The notes: a model not told the origin generated them from the letters alone. A stretch of 64,000 nucleotides of DNA from Myxococcota bacterium (GCA_039194325.1 JBCCWC010000002.1:190191-254190), one strand, 5' to 3'. Positions 37,729-47,221 are shown, counted from the first letter of the stretch. Made by a program: numbers and translations.

Positions 37729-38664
37729 TCAAGTCGTCGGGGTTACCCCGCGACTTCCCAGCCACGCGTGGCAGCGAGCGGCCCGGTCGGCGAAGTGGGA
37801 CGCGACGACGGTGTGGAGGGCTCGGACACGCGCGGTTGGAAAGCGACGGCTGGGAAACACGGCGTGGATCGCAAATCGTCCGGCGGTGTAGTCGGGCAAC
37901 ACCCGGACCAGGCGGCCGCTCTGCAGATCGTCGATCACATCGAAGAGGCTCTTGAGCGCGATGCCCATCCCCGCGATCGCCCATCGCCGGGCGAGGTAGC
38001 CGTCGCCGCACAAGGGGCTATCGAGGGTGAGCGTATGGACCTCGTGCTCGCCGTGGAGTTGCCACGAGTCCAAGGGAGTGCTCGACAGCTGCAAGGTCAG
38101 GCAGCGGTGTTTGGCGAGGGCCTGCGGTGTGTCCGGCGTTCCCCACTTGGTCAGGTAGGAGGGGGCGGCGACCAAGATGCCGGGGCACTCGGCCAGCTTT
38201 CGCGCCGAGAGCGTGCTGTCCTGGAGCGGCCCGTACCGGATGGCCATGTCGATGGCGTCTCGGTGCAGGTGTCGGACCGCGTCGCTGGTGTTCAAGAGCA
38301 CCCGCAGCTTCGGGTGCTCCGTGCACAGGGCGCCCACGATGGGCTCGAGGATCTGGTAGGTGGTGTCGGCGGGCGCGGAGAGGTGGATCGTGCCTTCGAG
38401 CTCGGTGCGATCTCCCCGGGCCTCGTCCAGGGCTCGTCGCCACCGGTCCACCACGTCCTGGCAGCCGCCGACGATCACCAGGCCTTCGTCGGTGGGGTGC
38501 AGGGAGCGAGTCGTCCGCTCGAACAGCCGCACCCCGATCGCGTTCTCGATCCTCTGGATCGTGGCGCTCACCGCCGCGGGGGTCAGGTGCAGCTGCTGCG
38601 CCGCGACCGTCATGGAGCCCGTCTGCGCGACCCGAACGAGCAGCTCCATCTCGCGGATCTTCAC
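37729..38664 (-). CDS. LysR family transcriptional regulator
   Basis: GSMTVAAQQLHLTPAAVS..IENAIGVRLFERTTR, IDMAIRYG, GRLVRVLPDY. Confidence 0.95.
   Translation of the reverse strand: MKIREMELLVRVAQTGSMTVAAQQLHLTPAAVSATIQRIENAIGVRLFERTTRSLHPTDEGLVIVGGCQDVVDRWRRALDEARGDRTELEGTIHLSAPADTTYQILEPIVGALCTEHPKLRVLLNTSDAVRHLHRDAIDMAIRYGPLQDSTLSARKLAECPGILVAAPSYLTKWGTPDTPQALAKHRCLTLQLSSTPLDSWQLHGEHEVHTLTLDSPLCGDGYLARRWAIAGMGIALKSLFDVIDDLQSGRLVRVLPDYTAGRFAIHAVFPSRRFPTARVRALHTVVASHFADRAARCHAWLGSRGVTPTT
37731..37756. terminator. Hairpin between the convergent kinase and LysR genes
   Basis: AAGTCG-T-CGGGG-TTA-CCCCG-CGACTT; no clear U tract. Confidence 0.45.
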
Positions 38665-38788
38665 CCGCTGATTATCAAAGAGCCGCTGATGGTGTTCCAG
38701 GCCAATCTCGACCCCGCCGAAACCCCGCGTACCGCACCGAGCGCCCGAGTCTCCGTAGGCGCCCGGGGCGACCGCTCGGCTCGTCGGT

Positions 38789-39829
38789 CTAGCTGGCCGG
38801 AGGCGGAACCGGGCCCTCGAGCGGATCCATGCAATCGTCGAGGGGATACGCGGTGCTGTTGTCCGTGATTATCCCGCAGCTCCCACCGGACTCTTCCGCC
38901 ATCGCGGTACAAAGCGCGAGCTCCTGGCAGGACGCATCGCAGCCCTGCTGCGCGATCGGCTGACCATTCGGCGCGCCTTCAACGAGCGGGTCGCCCGTCG
39001 CCGCCAACGGATCCCCGGCGTCGGCCACCAGCGGCAGCTCCGGGGGTGGTGGCTCGTTCGGCCCTGCTTCGGTGGCCAGTGAATCGATCGATTCGAGACT
39101 CAGCAGGTGGATCGGATCGATCCAGTAGCGAGTATCCACGACGATCCCCGTCGACGTCATCTCCGCGAACACCTTGGATTGCCACGAGCCCGGGGTCGTC
39201 GTGCTCCCCGAGATTCCCGCGCAAGGTCCGTTGCTGTTGTCGTCGACGCCGTCGGTCAAAATGAAGAGCTGATCGGGCAGGGGGCTGAGCGTGAAGGTCT
39301 CGCCATCCCCGTTGAGGGCCTTGCACATCGCATCGGCGAGCGGGGTGCTGCCCCCGCAGGTCAAGCCGGCAATGGCCGCCGTCGCGGTGGCCTCGTCGGT
39401 GTAGTACCCGACCGAAGTGGGCTGCACGTCGTCGGATTCCCCCGGATCACCGTCGTTGTCGTCGTCGTTCGCGCTGTCGTTGGTGAAGGCCCAGATGGCC
39501 AGGCCATCGCCGCTGATCCTCGCCGGATCGAAGAACTCGGCGATGACTCCTTGGGCCATGGTCCTCGAGTCATGACACCGCGTATTCCCCGTGGCCACGC
39601 GGGTGGCATTCATCGATCCAGTCACGTCGACCAGGAGGATCCCATAGCCGCCACCTCCCCCTTCGGACTGGGGATCGATGGAGTCGACCAATTCGTCGGG
39701 GTATTCGTCGATAGGCTGTTCCTCGAGTGGCTCGATCAGATCCCCATGATCATATGAACTCGAGTCGTCCGAGACCGAGCATCCAGCTACGGTCAACACT
39801 AGAATGGGTATGATCCTCTTGTGTCGCAT
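38789..39829 (-). CDS. vWA-domain lipoprotein
   Basis: Lipobox VAGC; LLVDVTGSM, GSTPLADA, FILTDG. Confidence 0.82.
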   Translation of the reverse strand: MRHKRIIPILVLTVAGCSVSDDSSSYDHGDLIEPLEEQPIDEYPDELVDSIDPQSEGGGGGYGILLVDVTGSMNATRVATGNTRCHDSRTMAQGVIAEFFDPARISGDGLAIWAFTNDSANDDDNDGDPGESDDVQPTSVGYYTDEATATAAIAGLTCGGSTPLADAMCKALNGDGETFTLSPLPDQLFILTDGVDDNSNGPCAGISGSTTTPGSWQSKVFAEMTSTGIVVDTRYWIDPIHLLSLESIDSLATEAGPNEPPPPELPLVADAGDPLAATGDPLVEGAPNGQPIAQQGCDASCQELALCTAMAEESGGSCGIITDNSTAYPLDDCMDPLEGPVPPPAS

Positions 39830-39914
39830 TGGCCTTCGACCTTCTGTCCATTGCAATCAGCAACCAGCAGCATCCAGCTTGAACCCTCGGCTACCAGCAC
39901 CGAGCTTGCTTGTC

Positions 39915-40100
39915 GGTCAATAGGTATTTAGGCGCAGTTCGATTATGTCGTAAGGGTAACCTTTACGAAGGAGTAAAAGCAAGGGACTCCCTTATGACTC
40001 AGGATTAACCAGCTGTCTACCCAATAAAGAAAATATAGTGACTTATTGTACGTTACTGGCGATTATCAGCACACTTCAATGCGCCGCCTGTAATACTCGC
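39915..40100. promoter_or_regulatory. AT-rich upstream region with inverted repeats
   Basis: TCGTAAGGGTAACCTTTACGA (39948-39968), AAGGGA-C-TCCCTT (39981-39993); visibly lower GC than the flanks. Confidence 0.5.
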
Positions 40101-40249
40101 CACTCCTGCATCTCTTCGAACATTGTTAGCACTCGAGCTGGGCTGGCAATCGAGCCGCATGTGTCCGTACGCACGCTGATCGGCACAGCGGATCCCTCGA
40201 TTCGACCCTGGGATCTCTGTGGCGAATTGCCTCGCCGAGGGTGGGGCGT

Positions 40250-41383
40250 TTAGGGGCGGTCGGGTTCTACGAGCCGCTCGCGCCGCGGCAGCTGCACCAC
40301 GAACATGGTGCCGCGGTCTTCGAGCGGCTCGTGGTGCAGCGTGCCTCCGTGGGCTTGCACGATCTGCATCGCCACCGGCAACCCCAGGCCGGTGCCTTGG
40401 GGTTTGGAGGTCACGAAGGGCTCGAAGATGTCCAGGCCCGCTGGGATCCCTCCCCCGGTGTCTCGCACCTCGGTGCGAACGTGGGTCTGTGTCTCGGTCA
40501 CCGATAAGTGAAGGCGGCCGCCCTCCGGCATGGCTTCGGCCGCGTTCTTGATCAGGTTGATCAAGACCTGGCGGATCTTCTCGCCGTCGATGAAGCTGGT
40601 GCGCAGCTGGTCGGGGACCGAGTGCGCCACGGTGATCCGCCGCGCATTCAGGGCGGGGGTCTCCGTACTCAGCACGTCACGGACCAGGTGGGATAGATCG
40701 GTGGGGACCACCGAGAGCCGGTGGCGTCGGGCGAGGGCCCGAAACTCGTCGAGCAAGTGGCTCAGGCGTCGGGTCTCGTGGAGCAGGGCGGCCACGCTGT
40801 CGTGCACCCGTGCGTCGACCGCCTCGGGTTGTCGGTCCAGGCGACGCTCGAGCAGCTGGGCGTGCATGTGCATGCTGTTGAGCGGGTTGCCTATTTCGTG
40901 GGCGAAGCTGGCCGCGGTGGTCCCGATCGCCGCCAGGCGCTCTCGCTCGAGCAAGCGCTCCTGCAGCTTCATCTTGTCGGTGATGTCGCGGATGAACGCG
41001 CCGTAGCGGGCCGTCTGCCCCAGCTCGACCTCCGTCACCGATAGCTCGACGGGGAAGACCTCGCCGTTGGCCCGCCGGGCAGCCACCGAGCGGATGCGAC
41101 CGATCGCGTGGGCCTGCCCCGTGCGCTCGTAGCGTTCCACGTAGGCATCGTGCTCGCTCGCGTAGGGCTCGGCCATCAGGATGTGGACCTTCTGCCCCAG
41201 CACCTGCTCGGCGGTGTAGCCGAACATCTGCTCGGCCGCGGCGTTGAACAGCACGATGCAGCTGTCCGAGCCGATGCAGACCACCGCGTCCCGGGTGGTG
41301 GCCAGCAGTTGTGCGTACCAGTCGGCCCGGAGGCGAGCTTCGTCGTCGTTCATGGGCGTGGGCAGGTGAGGGATGTTGGCCAT
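40250..41383 (-). CDS. Cytoplasmic PAS histidine kinase, FixL-like (putative heme PAS)
   Basis: FNAAAEQMFGY..LMAEPYASEHDAYVERYERTG..IG..R..GEVFPVELSV; AHEIGNPL, NLIKNA, DTGGG, GTGLGL. Confidence 0.9.
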   Translation of the reverse strand: MANIPHLPTPMNDDEARLRADWYAQLLATTRDAVVCIGSDSCIVLFNAAAEQMFGYTAEQVLGQKVHILMAEPYASEHDAYVERYERTGQAHAIGRIRSVAARRANGEVFPVELSVTEVELGQTARYGAFIRDITDKMKLQERLLERERLAAIGTTAASFAHEIGNPLNSMHMHAQLLERRLDRQPEAVDARVHDSVAALLHETRRLSHLLDEFRALARRHRLSVVPTDLSHLVRDVLSTETPALNARRITVAHSVPDQLRTSFIDGEKIRQVLINLIKNAAEAMPEGGRLHLSVTETQTHVRTEVRDTGGGIPAGLDIFEPFVTSKPQGTGLGLPVAMQIVQAHGGTLHHEPLEDRGTMFVVQLPRRERLVEPDRP

Positions 41384-41447
41384 CGAAGTCGTAGTCACCC
41401 ATAGCCTGCTCGGCGGCCATCGGGTGGTCGGCAAGCCAGGAGCATCG

Positions 41448-41479
41448 GTGCAAAGTCTGCGCGCGTGCAGATCTAGCGC
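41448..41479. promoter_or_regulatory. Tandem GYGCA-N5-WGCGC boxes between the divergent kinase and USP genes
   Basis: GTGCAAAGTCTGCGC 41448-41462; GTGCAGATCTAGCGC 41465-41479. Confidence 0.55.
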
Positions 41480-41508
41480 CATCGAGCCAGGATGGTTACG
41501 TCAAGGAC

Positions 41509-41925
41509 ATGAAGATCCTCGTGGGAGTGGATGGTTCGATGCGGGAGCCCAAGGTCTTGGACGAAGCCATTACCCTGGCGCAGAGCCGAGGGGCGGTGCT
41601 TCACCTCGTGCGCGCAATGATGATACCGGTGAGCATTCCCACGGCGATGTGGACGCTCCAGGGCGACGACTTCTCGCAGTTCTTGATCGAGCACGGCACC
41701 AAGGAGATCGAGCAGACGGCCCAGCGGGTGCCCCCGAAGCTTCGGGGTCGCACGGTGACTCGGCTAGGTCAGCCCGCCGACGTGCTCGTGGATCTGGCCG
41801 AGGAACTCGACGCCGACCTCGTGGTCATCGGCAGCCACGGCTACGGCGGAATCGATCGAGTGTTGGGGACCACGGCGGCCAAGGTGGTCAATCGTGCGCG
41901 CTGTAGCGTCATGGTCGTCCGTTGA
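41509..41925 (+). CDS. Universal stress protein
   Basis: KILVGVDGS, GQPA, ADLVVIGSHGYGGIDRVLGTTAAKVV..CSVMVVR. Confidence 0.95.
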   Translation: MKILVGVDGSMREPKVLDEAITLAQSRGAVLHLVRAMMIPVSIPTAMWTLQGDDFSQFLIEHGTKEIEQTAQRVPPKLRGRTVTRLGQPADVLVDLAEELDADLVVIGSHGYGGIDRVLGTTAAKVVNRARCSVMVVR

Positions 41926-41966
41926 ACGATGTTCTGTCCATTTCCTGGGGGCGGATATGGCGCATT

Positions 41967-41981
41967 GCGCAGAATTTGCGC
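41967..41981. promoter_or_regulatory. Perfect GCGCA-N5-TGCGC palindrome upstream of the response regulator
   Basis: GCGCAGAATTTGCGC. Confidence 0.55.
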
Positions 41982-42064
41982 CGGTTCGCCGACCCTCAGC
42001 CTCTACCCTGATGCACAAGAGTGACCGTAGGGCGCCGGCTTCCGGCAGTAAGGCAGCGTAGACC

Positions 42065-43432
42065 ATGGCTCATATCGAACCCAGCGAGATCAAGATCCTC
42101 GTCGTCGACGACGAAGCCGCCGCTCGCTCGGCCCTGACCGAACTGTTGCGCGACGAGGGCTATGTTGTTCGGGCGGCTGGCGACGGCTTCAAGGCCCTGG
42201 GGCAGTTCGAGGGCTGGACACCCGACGTCATGATTACCGACGTGCAGATGCCCGGGATGAGTGGCATCGAGCTGATGGAAAAGGCTCGCGACCGGCAGCC
42301 CTCGCTGGGGGTCGTGGTGATGACCGCCTTCGGCTCGGTGGAGAACGCGGTGACCGCTATGCAGGCCGGCGCCGACGACTACCTCACCAAGCCGGTGCAC
42401 TTTCCCGAGCTGCTGCTGGTGGTCGAGCGCCTGCTCGAGCAGCAGGCCCTGCGGCGGGAGAACGAGCGCCTGCGCAGCGCCTTGCAGGGCGGCGACACCG
42501 ACGAGATCGGCTGGGTCGGCAGCTCCAAGCCCTCGCGCGAGCTGATGGGCCTGGTCAAGCAGATCTCCAACAGCAGCGCCTCGGTACTCGTGCTCGGAGA
42601 GGGCGGTACCGGCAAGGAGCTCGTGGCCCGGGCCGTTCACCACTTCAGCGGTCAGTCCGAGGGTCCCTTCGTCGCCGTGCCCTGTGCGGCGGTCAGCGAG
42701 GATCTGCTCGAGGCCGAGCTGTTCGGCGACGGGTCCGCGCCCGACAGCAAGGGGCGCATGGCCGAGGCATTGGGGGGCACCTTGTTCCTCGACGACGTCG
42801 ACAGGATCCCGCTGGCCACCCAGGTCCGGCTGCTCTCGTCCCTGCAGGACCAGCCCGAGGGCGGTGGCGTGCGCGTGATCGCGGCCTCTAGCCAAGATCT
42901 GAACCGCGAGGTGCTCGCCGGGCGCTTTCGCGAGGATCTGTTCTATCGCCTCAACGTGATCACCCTGCGGGTGCCCACGCTCCGCGAGCGTCGCGAGGAC
43001 ATCCCGCTCTTGGCCATGCACTTCCTCAAGCGTCACGCCGCCAAGAACCACCGGTATATCCGCGGGTTCTCCGACCGAGCCCTGGGGGTGTTGCTGGGCT
43101 TCGACTGGCCCGGCAACGTACGTCAGCTCGAGGCGGGGATCGAGCATGCCGTCGTGCTGTGTCAGGGGCACGAGGTGCAGCCCAAGGATCTCCCGCGTGA
43201 GTTCATGCAGCCGCAGCGGTCCAGCGACGAGGCGCCCCGGATCCCCGGAGCGTCCATGTCGGAGATCGAGCGCTACGCGATCCTCAAGACCCTCGAGCAC
43301 GTGGGGGGCAGTACCCGGCGTGCGGCCGAGATCCTCGGGATCTCCACCCGCAAGATCCAGTATCGCCTCAACGAGTACCGCGAGCGCGATCCTTCCGGGG
43401 TGCCGGCCGTGGCTCGCAAGGCCAGCGCCTGA
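42065..43432 (+). CDS. NtrC-family response regulator (REC-AAA+-Fis HTH) lacking GAFTGA
   Basis: ILVVDD..TDVQMP; GEGGTGKE; EAELFGDGSAPDS where ESELFGxxxGAFTGA is expected; FREDLFYRLNV; WPGNVRQL; AAEILGIS. Confidence 0.93.
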   Translation: MAHIEPSEIKILVVDDEAAARSALTELLRDEGYVVRAAGDGFKALGQFEGWTPDVMITDVQMPGMSGIELMEKARDRQPSLGVVVMTAFGSVENAVTAMQAGADDYLTKPVHFPELLLVVERLLEQQALRRENERLRSALQGGDTDEIGWVGSSKPSRELMGLVKQISNSSASVLVLGEGGTGKELVARAVHHFSGQSEGPFVAVPCAAVSEDLLEAELFGDGSAPDSKGRMAEALGGTLFLDDVDRIPLATQVRLLSSLQDQPEGGGVRVIAASSQDLNREVLAGRFREDLFYRLNVITLRVPTLRERREDIPLLAMHFLKRHAAKNHRYIRGFSDRALGVLLGFDWPGNVRQLEAGIEHAVVLCQGHEVQPKDLPREFMQPQRSSDEAPRIPGASMSEIERYAILKTLEHVGGSTRRAAEILGISTRKIQYRLNEYRERDPSGVPAVARKASA

Positions 43433-43442
43433 AGGATCGCGA

Positions 43443-43544
43443 CCCGTCGTTCGATCCTCTCGTCGAACGACGGGCCGAGCGCCTGGCTCGGGGGCGACAG
43501 GCGAACGAGGTCGAGCGCCTGGCCCGGGGACGGGCCAGGCGCTC
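43443..43544. terminator. Two strong hairpins between convergent genes
   Basis: CCCGTCGTTCGA-N8-TCGAACGACGGG (43443-43474); GAGCGCCTGGCCCG-GGGA-CGGGCCAGGCGCTC (43513-43544) followed by ACTATTTT. Confidence 0.6.
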
Positions 43545-43719
43545 ACTATTTTGCATTGCTCGAGGTTCGAACGAGCCGCGCCCCGACCCGTGTTCGGGTC
43601 AGGCGCAATACGAGCACATTGTCTAGAAGGGTGGCGCTTCGTGGTCGGGGGTCTGGCGACCACGAGCGCCTCGACCCGATGTCTGGGTGAGGCGCGGCTC
43701 GTTCGCGTCGTGGATCCGT

Positions 43720-44028
43720 CTATCTCGCGGTCAGCGTGGCCACGGGCGTGGGTGCGGGCTGTGGCCTGCGGAGCTTCTTCGAGGTCGGGGTCGGGGTCGC
43801 GGCCTCGTGCTCGTCGCTGTCGGCTCCGGCCACCGCTCCGGCGACCACGCCGAAGATGCTGCCGATCACGAACAATAGGAGGATCGAGCTGGGGCCGAAG
43901 CCGGCGCCGAGGCTGGGGCCGAGGAAGGCCACCCCGATCACGGCGATGGTCGAGCCCACCAACAGGGCCCCCGCGATGGCGCTGGCCATGGCGTTGGAGA
44001 TGAGCTTGGGTGATCGTTCGTTGGTCAT
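43720..44028 (-). CDS. Small two-TM membrane protein
   Basis: Two Gly/Ala-rich hydrophobic segments; GAGG RBS. Confidence 0.6.
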   Translation of the reverse strand: MTNERSPKLISNAMASAIAGALLVGSTIAVIGVAFLGPSLGAGFGPSSILLLFVIGSIFGVVAGAVAGADSDEHEAATPTPTSKKLRRPQPAPTPVATLTAR

Positions 44029-44235
44029 CGGTGCGTACCTCTCGCTTGCGTTCGATCTCAGGATGCGCCGATCCAAGCCCGGAGGTCCTCGCATCTTCTG
44101 CGACCCGACACGCAAATGCGGCGCGCATCACGAACCTGGAGGCATACTTCGCGGTCCGTGTGGATCCTCGCGGAATCGAGGGCGTGACGGGTGGTCAGTT
44201 CGCCGGCGTTGCGGCATAACCCGCGGCCATCCGCG

Positions 44236-44847
44236 ATGCTCGTCCGTGTCGAGATCGAACGCCCCGCGCCCCGATCCCTGCGACCGGCCATCGATGCGCT
44301 CCAGCGCAACGGAGTGATCATCTACCCGACCGACACCGGCTATGCGTTCGGCTGCGCGCTGTCGAGCCTCAAGGGGATCGCGCGGCTGCGCAAGCTCAAG
44401 GGCTACGGCGACAAGCACCCCAAGCCGCTGACCATGGTCGTCAACGAGATCGCCGATCTGGGTCGCTACGGGCACATGGGCAACCGGGTGTTTCGCGTGG
44501 TGCGGCGTCTGCTGCCGGGGCCCTACACCATGGTGTTGCAGTCCACCAACGACGTTCCGCGGCAGATGAGGAACCGGTGGCACGAAGTGGGTATGCGCGT
44601 GCCCGACCACGCCGTGTGCCGCATGTTGGTGGATCTGTTGGGCGAGCCCCTGCTCACCGGGTCGGTCACCGCGGCCGACGCGGAGTTCGAGCTCGAGGAG
44701 CCCGAGCTCTACGAGCATCGCTATGCTCGTGATGTGCAGGTGGTCGTGGACGGCGGCCCCTTGTGGCCCGAGCCCTCTACCGTGCTCAAGCTCGTCGACG
44801 ACGAGATCGAAGTGCTTCGCGAAGGGCAGGGTCCGTTGCCCGAGTAG
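44236..44847 (+). CDS. Sua5/YciO/YrdC family protein (YciO-like)
   Basis: YPTDTGYAFGC, KPLT, LLPGPYT, VGMRVPDH, PSTV..LREGQG. Confidence 0.92.
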   Translation: MLVRVEIERPAPRSLRPAIDALQRNGVIIYPTDTGYAFGCALSSLKGIARLRKLKGYGDKHPKPLTMVVNEIADLGRYGHMGNRVFRVVRRLLPGPYTMVLQSTNDVPRQMRNRWHEVGMRVPDHAVCRMLVDLLGEPLLTGSVTAADAEFELEEPELYEHRYARDVQVVVDGGPLWPEPSTVLKLVDDEIEVLREGQGPLPE

Positions 44848-44905
44848 GTCCTGCTCCGCCGTGGTGGCCACTACGGGGAGCTGCTAGCGTCCGGTTGCCT
44901 TCGCC

Positions 44906-46114
44906 ATGCGCACGACCCCCTTGCTCCCGCTGCTTGCCTTTTCGCTGTTGCTCGCGTGTAAGCCTTCAGCCGAGGGCTCGACCACCCCGTCGACGGTGGT
45001 GGCTCCCCTGCACCCCGATGCGATCCCCTTTGATGATGCTCACTGGGAGTACGAGGCGCGGGAGCACGAGGTCACGCGACACCTCGGTCGCCCGGCGCTG
45101 CGACTTCATGGCGGCTTTGCCCTGCTGCGCGACGTGGAGCTGGCCGAGGGCACCATCGAGTTCGACATGGCCTTCGAGCCCGACACCGCCTTTGCCGGCG
45201 CGGCCTGGCACGTGCAGGACACTGAGACCTTCGAGCGCTTCTACCTGCGGGTCTTCCTCTCGGGGAGTCGCGAGGCCACGCAGTACACCCCCTACTTCAA
45301 CGGCGTGTCGGGCTGGCAGCTCTACCACGGGCCTGGCTACAACGCGAAGGTCCGCTTTCGCGGCAACACCTGGGTCCCCATCAAGATCGTGATCTCGAGC
45401 GGGCGGGCCGAGGTCTACGTGGGGGGCATGGCCCGGTCGGGTGTGGAGGAGCCGACCATGATAGAGCCGACCATGGCGATCCCGCGGCTCGAGCTCGGCG
45501 CCACCAACGGGCGGGTCGGGCTCTTCGTCGAGCCGCTGCCCGTAAGCTGGGGGGTGACGCCGATCTGGTTTTCCAACGTGCGGGTCACCCCCTCCGTGGC
45601 GCCCCCGCTGCGCAGCCCCGCGCCCGAGGACCGCTCTCGGCCTGGCCGGGTGCCGAAGTGGCAGGTCTCCGAGGCGTTCTCCGAGGCGAAGATCGCAACG
45701 CTGCGGCAATTGCCCGCCGACGAGGCGGCCGCGCATCAGTGGACGCCGCTGCCCACCGAGCCCGAGGGGCTCGCCAACCTCGCGCGGGTGCAGGGGGCGG
45801 GTAAGGATCGCGACACCGTCTTCACGCGGGTGACCGTGATCTCCGAGCGCGCCCAGACCAAGCGGCTCGACTTCGGGTTCAGCGAGAAGGCCCGGGTCTA
45901 TCTGGGTGGCCGGCTGCTGTGGTCGGGCGACGATACCTGGTCGTCGCGCGACATCACCTTCCAGGGGGTGGTGGGCTACTGGGATTCCGTCTACCTGCCG
46001 CTGGTCGAGGGGCCCAACGAGCTGTGGTTCGCGGTCACCGAGAACATCGACATGCACGGCGGGTGGGGGGTGCTGGCGGCGTTCGAGGATCTCGACGGGA
46101 TCCGCTTTCCGTGA
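44906..46114 (+). CDS. Hypothetical lipoprotein (beta-sandwich domains)
   Basis: Lipobox LLAC; GTIEFD, QYTP.FNG.SGWQLYHGPGY, GPNELWFAV. Confidence 0.85.
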   Translation: MRTTPLLPLLAFSLLLACKPSAEGSTTPSTVVAPLHPDAIPFDDAHWEYEAREHEVTRHLGRPALRLHGGFALLRDVELAEGTIEFDMAFEPDTAFAGAAWHVQDTETFERFYLRVFLSGSREATQYTPYFNGVSGWQLYHGPGYNAKVRFRGNTWVPIKIVISSGRAEVYVGGMARSGVEEPTMIEPTMAIPRLELGATNGRVGLFVEPLPVSWGVTPIWFSNVRVTPSVAPPLRSPAPEDRSRPGRVPKWQVSEAFSEAKIATLRQLPADEAAAHQWTPLPTEPEGLANLARVQGAGKDRDTVFTRVTVISERAQTKRLDFGFSEKARVYLGGRLLWSGDDTWSSRDITFQGVVGYWDSVYLPLVEGPNELWFAVTENIDMHGGWGVLAAFEDLDGIRFP

Positions 46115-46159
46115 GCTGTGCGGCGGTTGGGGAGTGCTCGGCGGGCTACGCGAGGGGCA

Positions 46160-46192
46160 GTCGGTCTTACTCGGCGTCCGGCTGCGCTGCCG
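46160..46192. repeat. 33-bp direct repeat, left copy
   Basis: GTCGGTCTTACTCGGCGTCCGGCTGCGCTGCCG; 1 mismatch to 47189-47221. Confidence 0.92.
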
Positions 46193-46260
46193 AGGTTTCG
46201 AGGGTGAAGAACCGGATGCGGGCGGCCCTGCGAAAATCGCGCTATAGTTACCTCCCGGCC

Positions 46261-46488
46261 ATGTCCGACGATGAAGCACGCCAAGCCTCGCCCAAGCAGC
46301 CGTCGATGATGACGACAGCCCCAGTTCCTGATGAAGATGAATTCGTCGAAGGAGCGTCGAACGCCATCGAAGCCGCGATCAAACGACTCCACGAGCGAGG
46401 CATCGCCACGACTCATTTGATCGACGGCCGGCTCGTGAAGATCCACCCCGATGGTCGTCGCGAAGATCTCGGGGCGCCGAGCCATTGA
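46261..46488 (+). CDS. Small protein, putative partner of the zeta-like ATPase
   Basis: 75 aa; AIEAAIKRLHERGIATTHLIDGRLVKIHPDGRRE; TTGA overlap with the next gene. Confidence 0.7.
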   Translation: MSDDEARQASPKQPSMMTTAPVPDEDEFVEGASNAIEAAIKRLHERGIATTHLIDGRLVKIHPDGRREDLGAPSH

Positions 46489-47141
46489 CGAACTCCGTGG
46501 ACTGGGCGTCGCTCGCCACGAGACCGGCCGAGCTGGTGCTCGTCGCCGGGCCCAATGGCTCAGGAAAATCCACGATCGCCGAGTCCTATATCGAGAAGCG
46601 CTTTCCGATCTGGCCCAAGCTCAACGCCGATCAACTGCTCATCGGGCTCGGGAATAACGAGCTCCTCGAGTCCGAGCCGCATCCCATGCTTCAGGCGGCT
46701 CGGATCGTGGATATCATGGCGAAAGGTCTGGTTGTGCTCGGGGAGCCGTTCGTGCTGGAGACGGTCTTGTCCTCGCCGAAATATGAGGTGCTCGTACGTA
46801 CCGCAAGGCGTGTCGGGTTGATCTTTCGCCTCGTCTATGTGACGACCGAATCCTCCGACATCAACGTAGGGCGCGTGCGTCAGCGGGTCGAAGATGGTGG
46901 TCACGACGTGCCCGAGGATCGGATTCACAGCCGCTGGGAGCGCTCGATGGACAATCTTCCCTGGTTTGCCCGGCGTGCAGATCGTCTCATCGTCGCGGAC
47001 AATTCTGGGGCGAGTCTCAAGGTCCTCGCGCTACGGCATCTCAGCGGCGTGTTGGAGCTTCGAGAGCACCATCACCCGGCGAGTCAGCGCTTGCGTCCCC
47101 TCGTTGGCCAACCGGTGCTCGATGATGATGGTTCGTCGTGA
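46485..47141 (+). CDS. Zeta-toxin-like/AAA_33 P-loop kinase
   Basis: AGPNGSGKST, NAD, ETVLS, RVRQRVEDGGHDVPEDRI..RWERS, DNS. Confidence 0.88.
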   Translation: MTNSVDWASLATRPAELVLVAGPNGSGKSTIAESYIEKRFPIWPKLNADQLLIGLGNNELLESEPHPMLQAARIVDIMAKGLVVLGEPFVLETVLSSPKYEVLVRTARRVGLIFRLVYVTTESSDINVGRVRQRVEDGGHDVPEDRIHSRWERSMDNLPWFARRADRLIVADNSGASLKVLALRHLSGVLELREHHHPASQRLRPLVGQPVLDDDGSS

Positions 47142-47188
47142 CCTGGCCCGTCGACCGCGGTTCGATCGTCGACCGTGAGTGAGCGGTG

Positions 47189-47221
47189 GTCGGTCTTACT
47201 CGGCGTCCGGCTGCGCCGCCG
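47189..47221. repeat. 33-bp direct repeat, right copy (spans the stop of the 47196-47702 gene)
   Basis: GTCGGTCTTACTCGGCGTCCGGCTGCGCCGCCG. Confidence 0.92.

Noticed and set aside
46160..47221. Insertion sequence or transposon
   Set aside because: No transposase or terminal inverted repeats; kept only as a direct-repeat-flanked islet.
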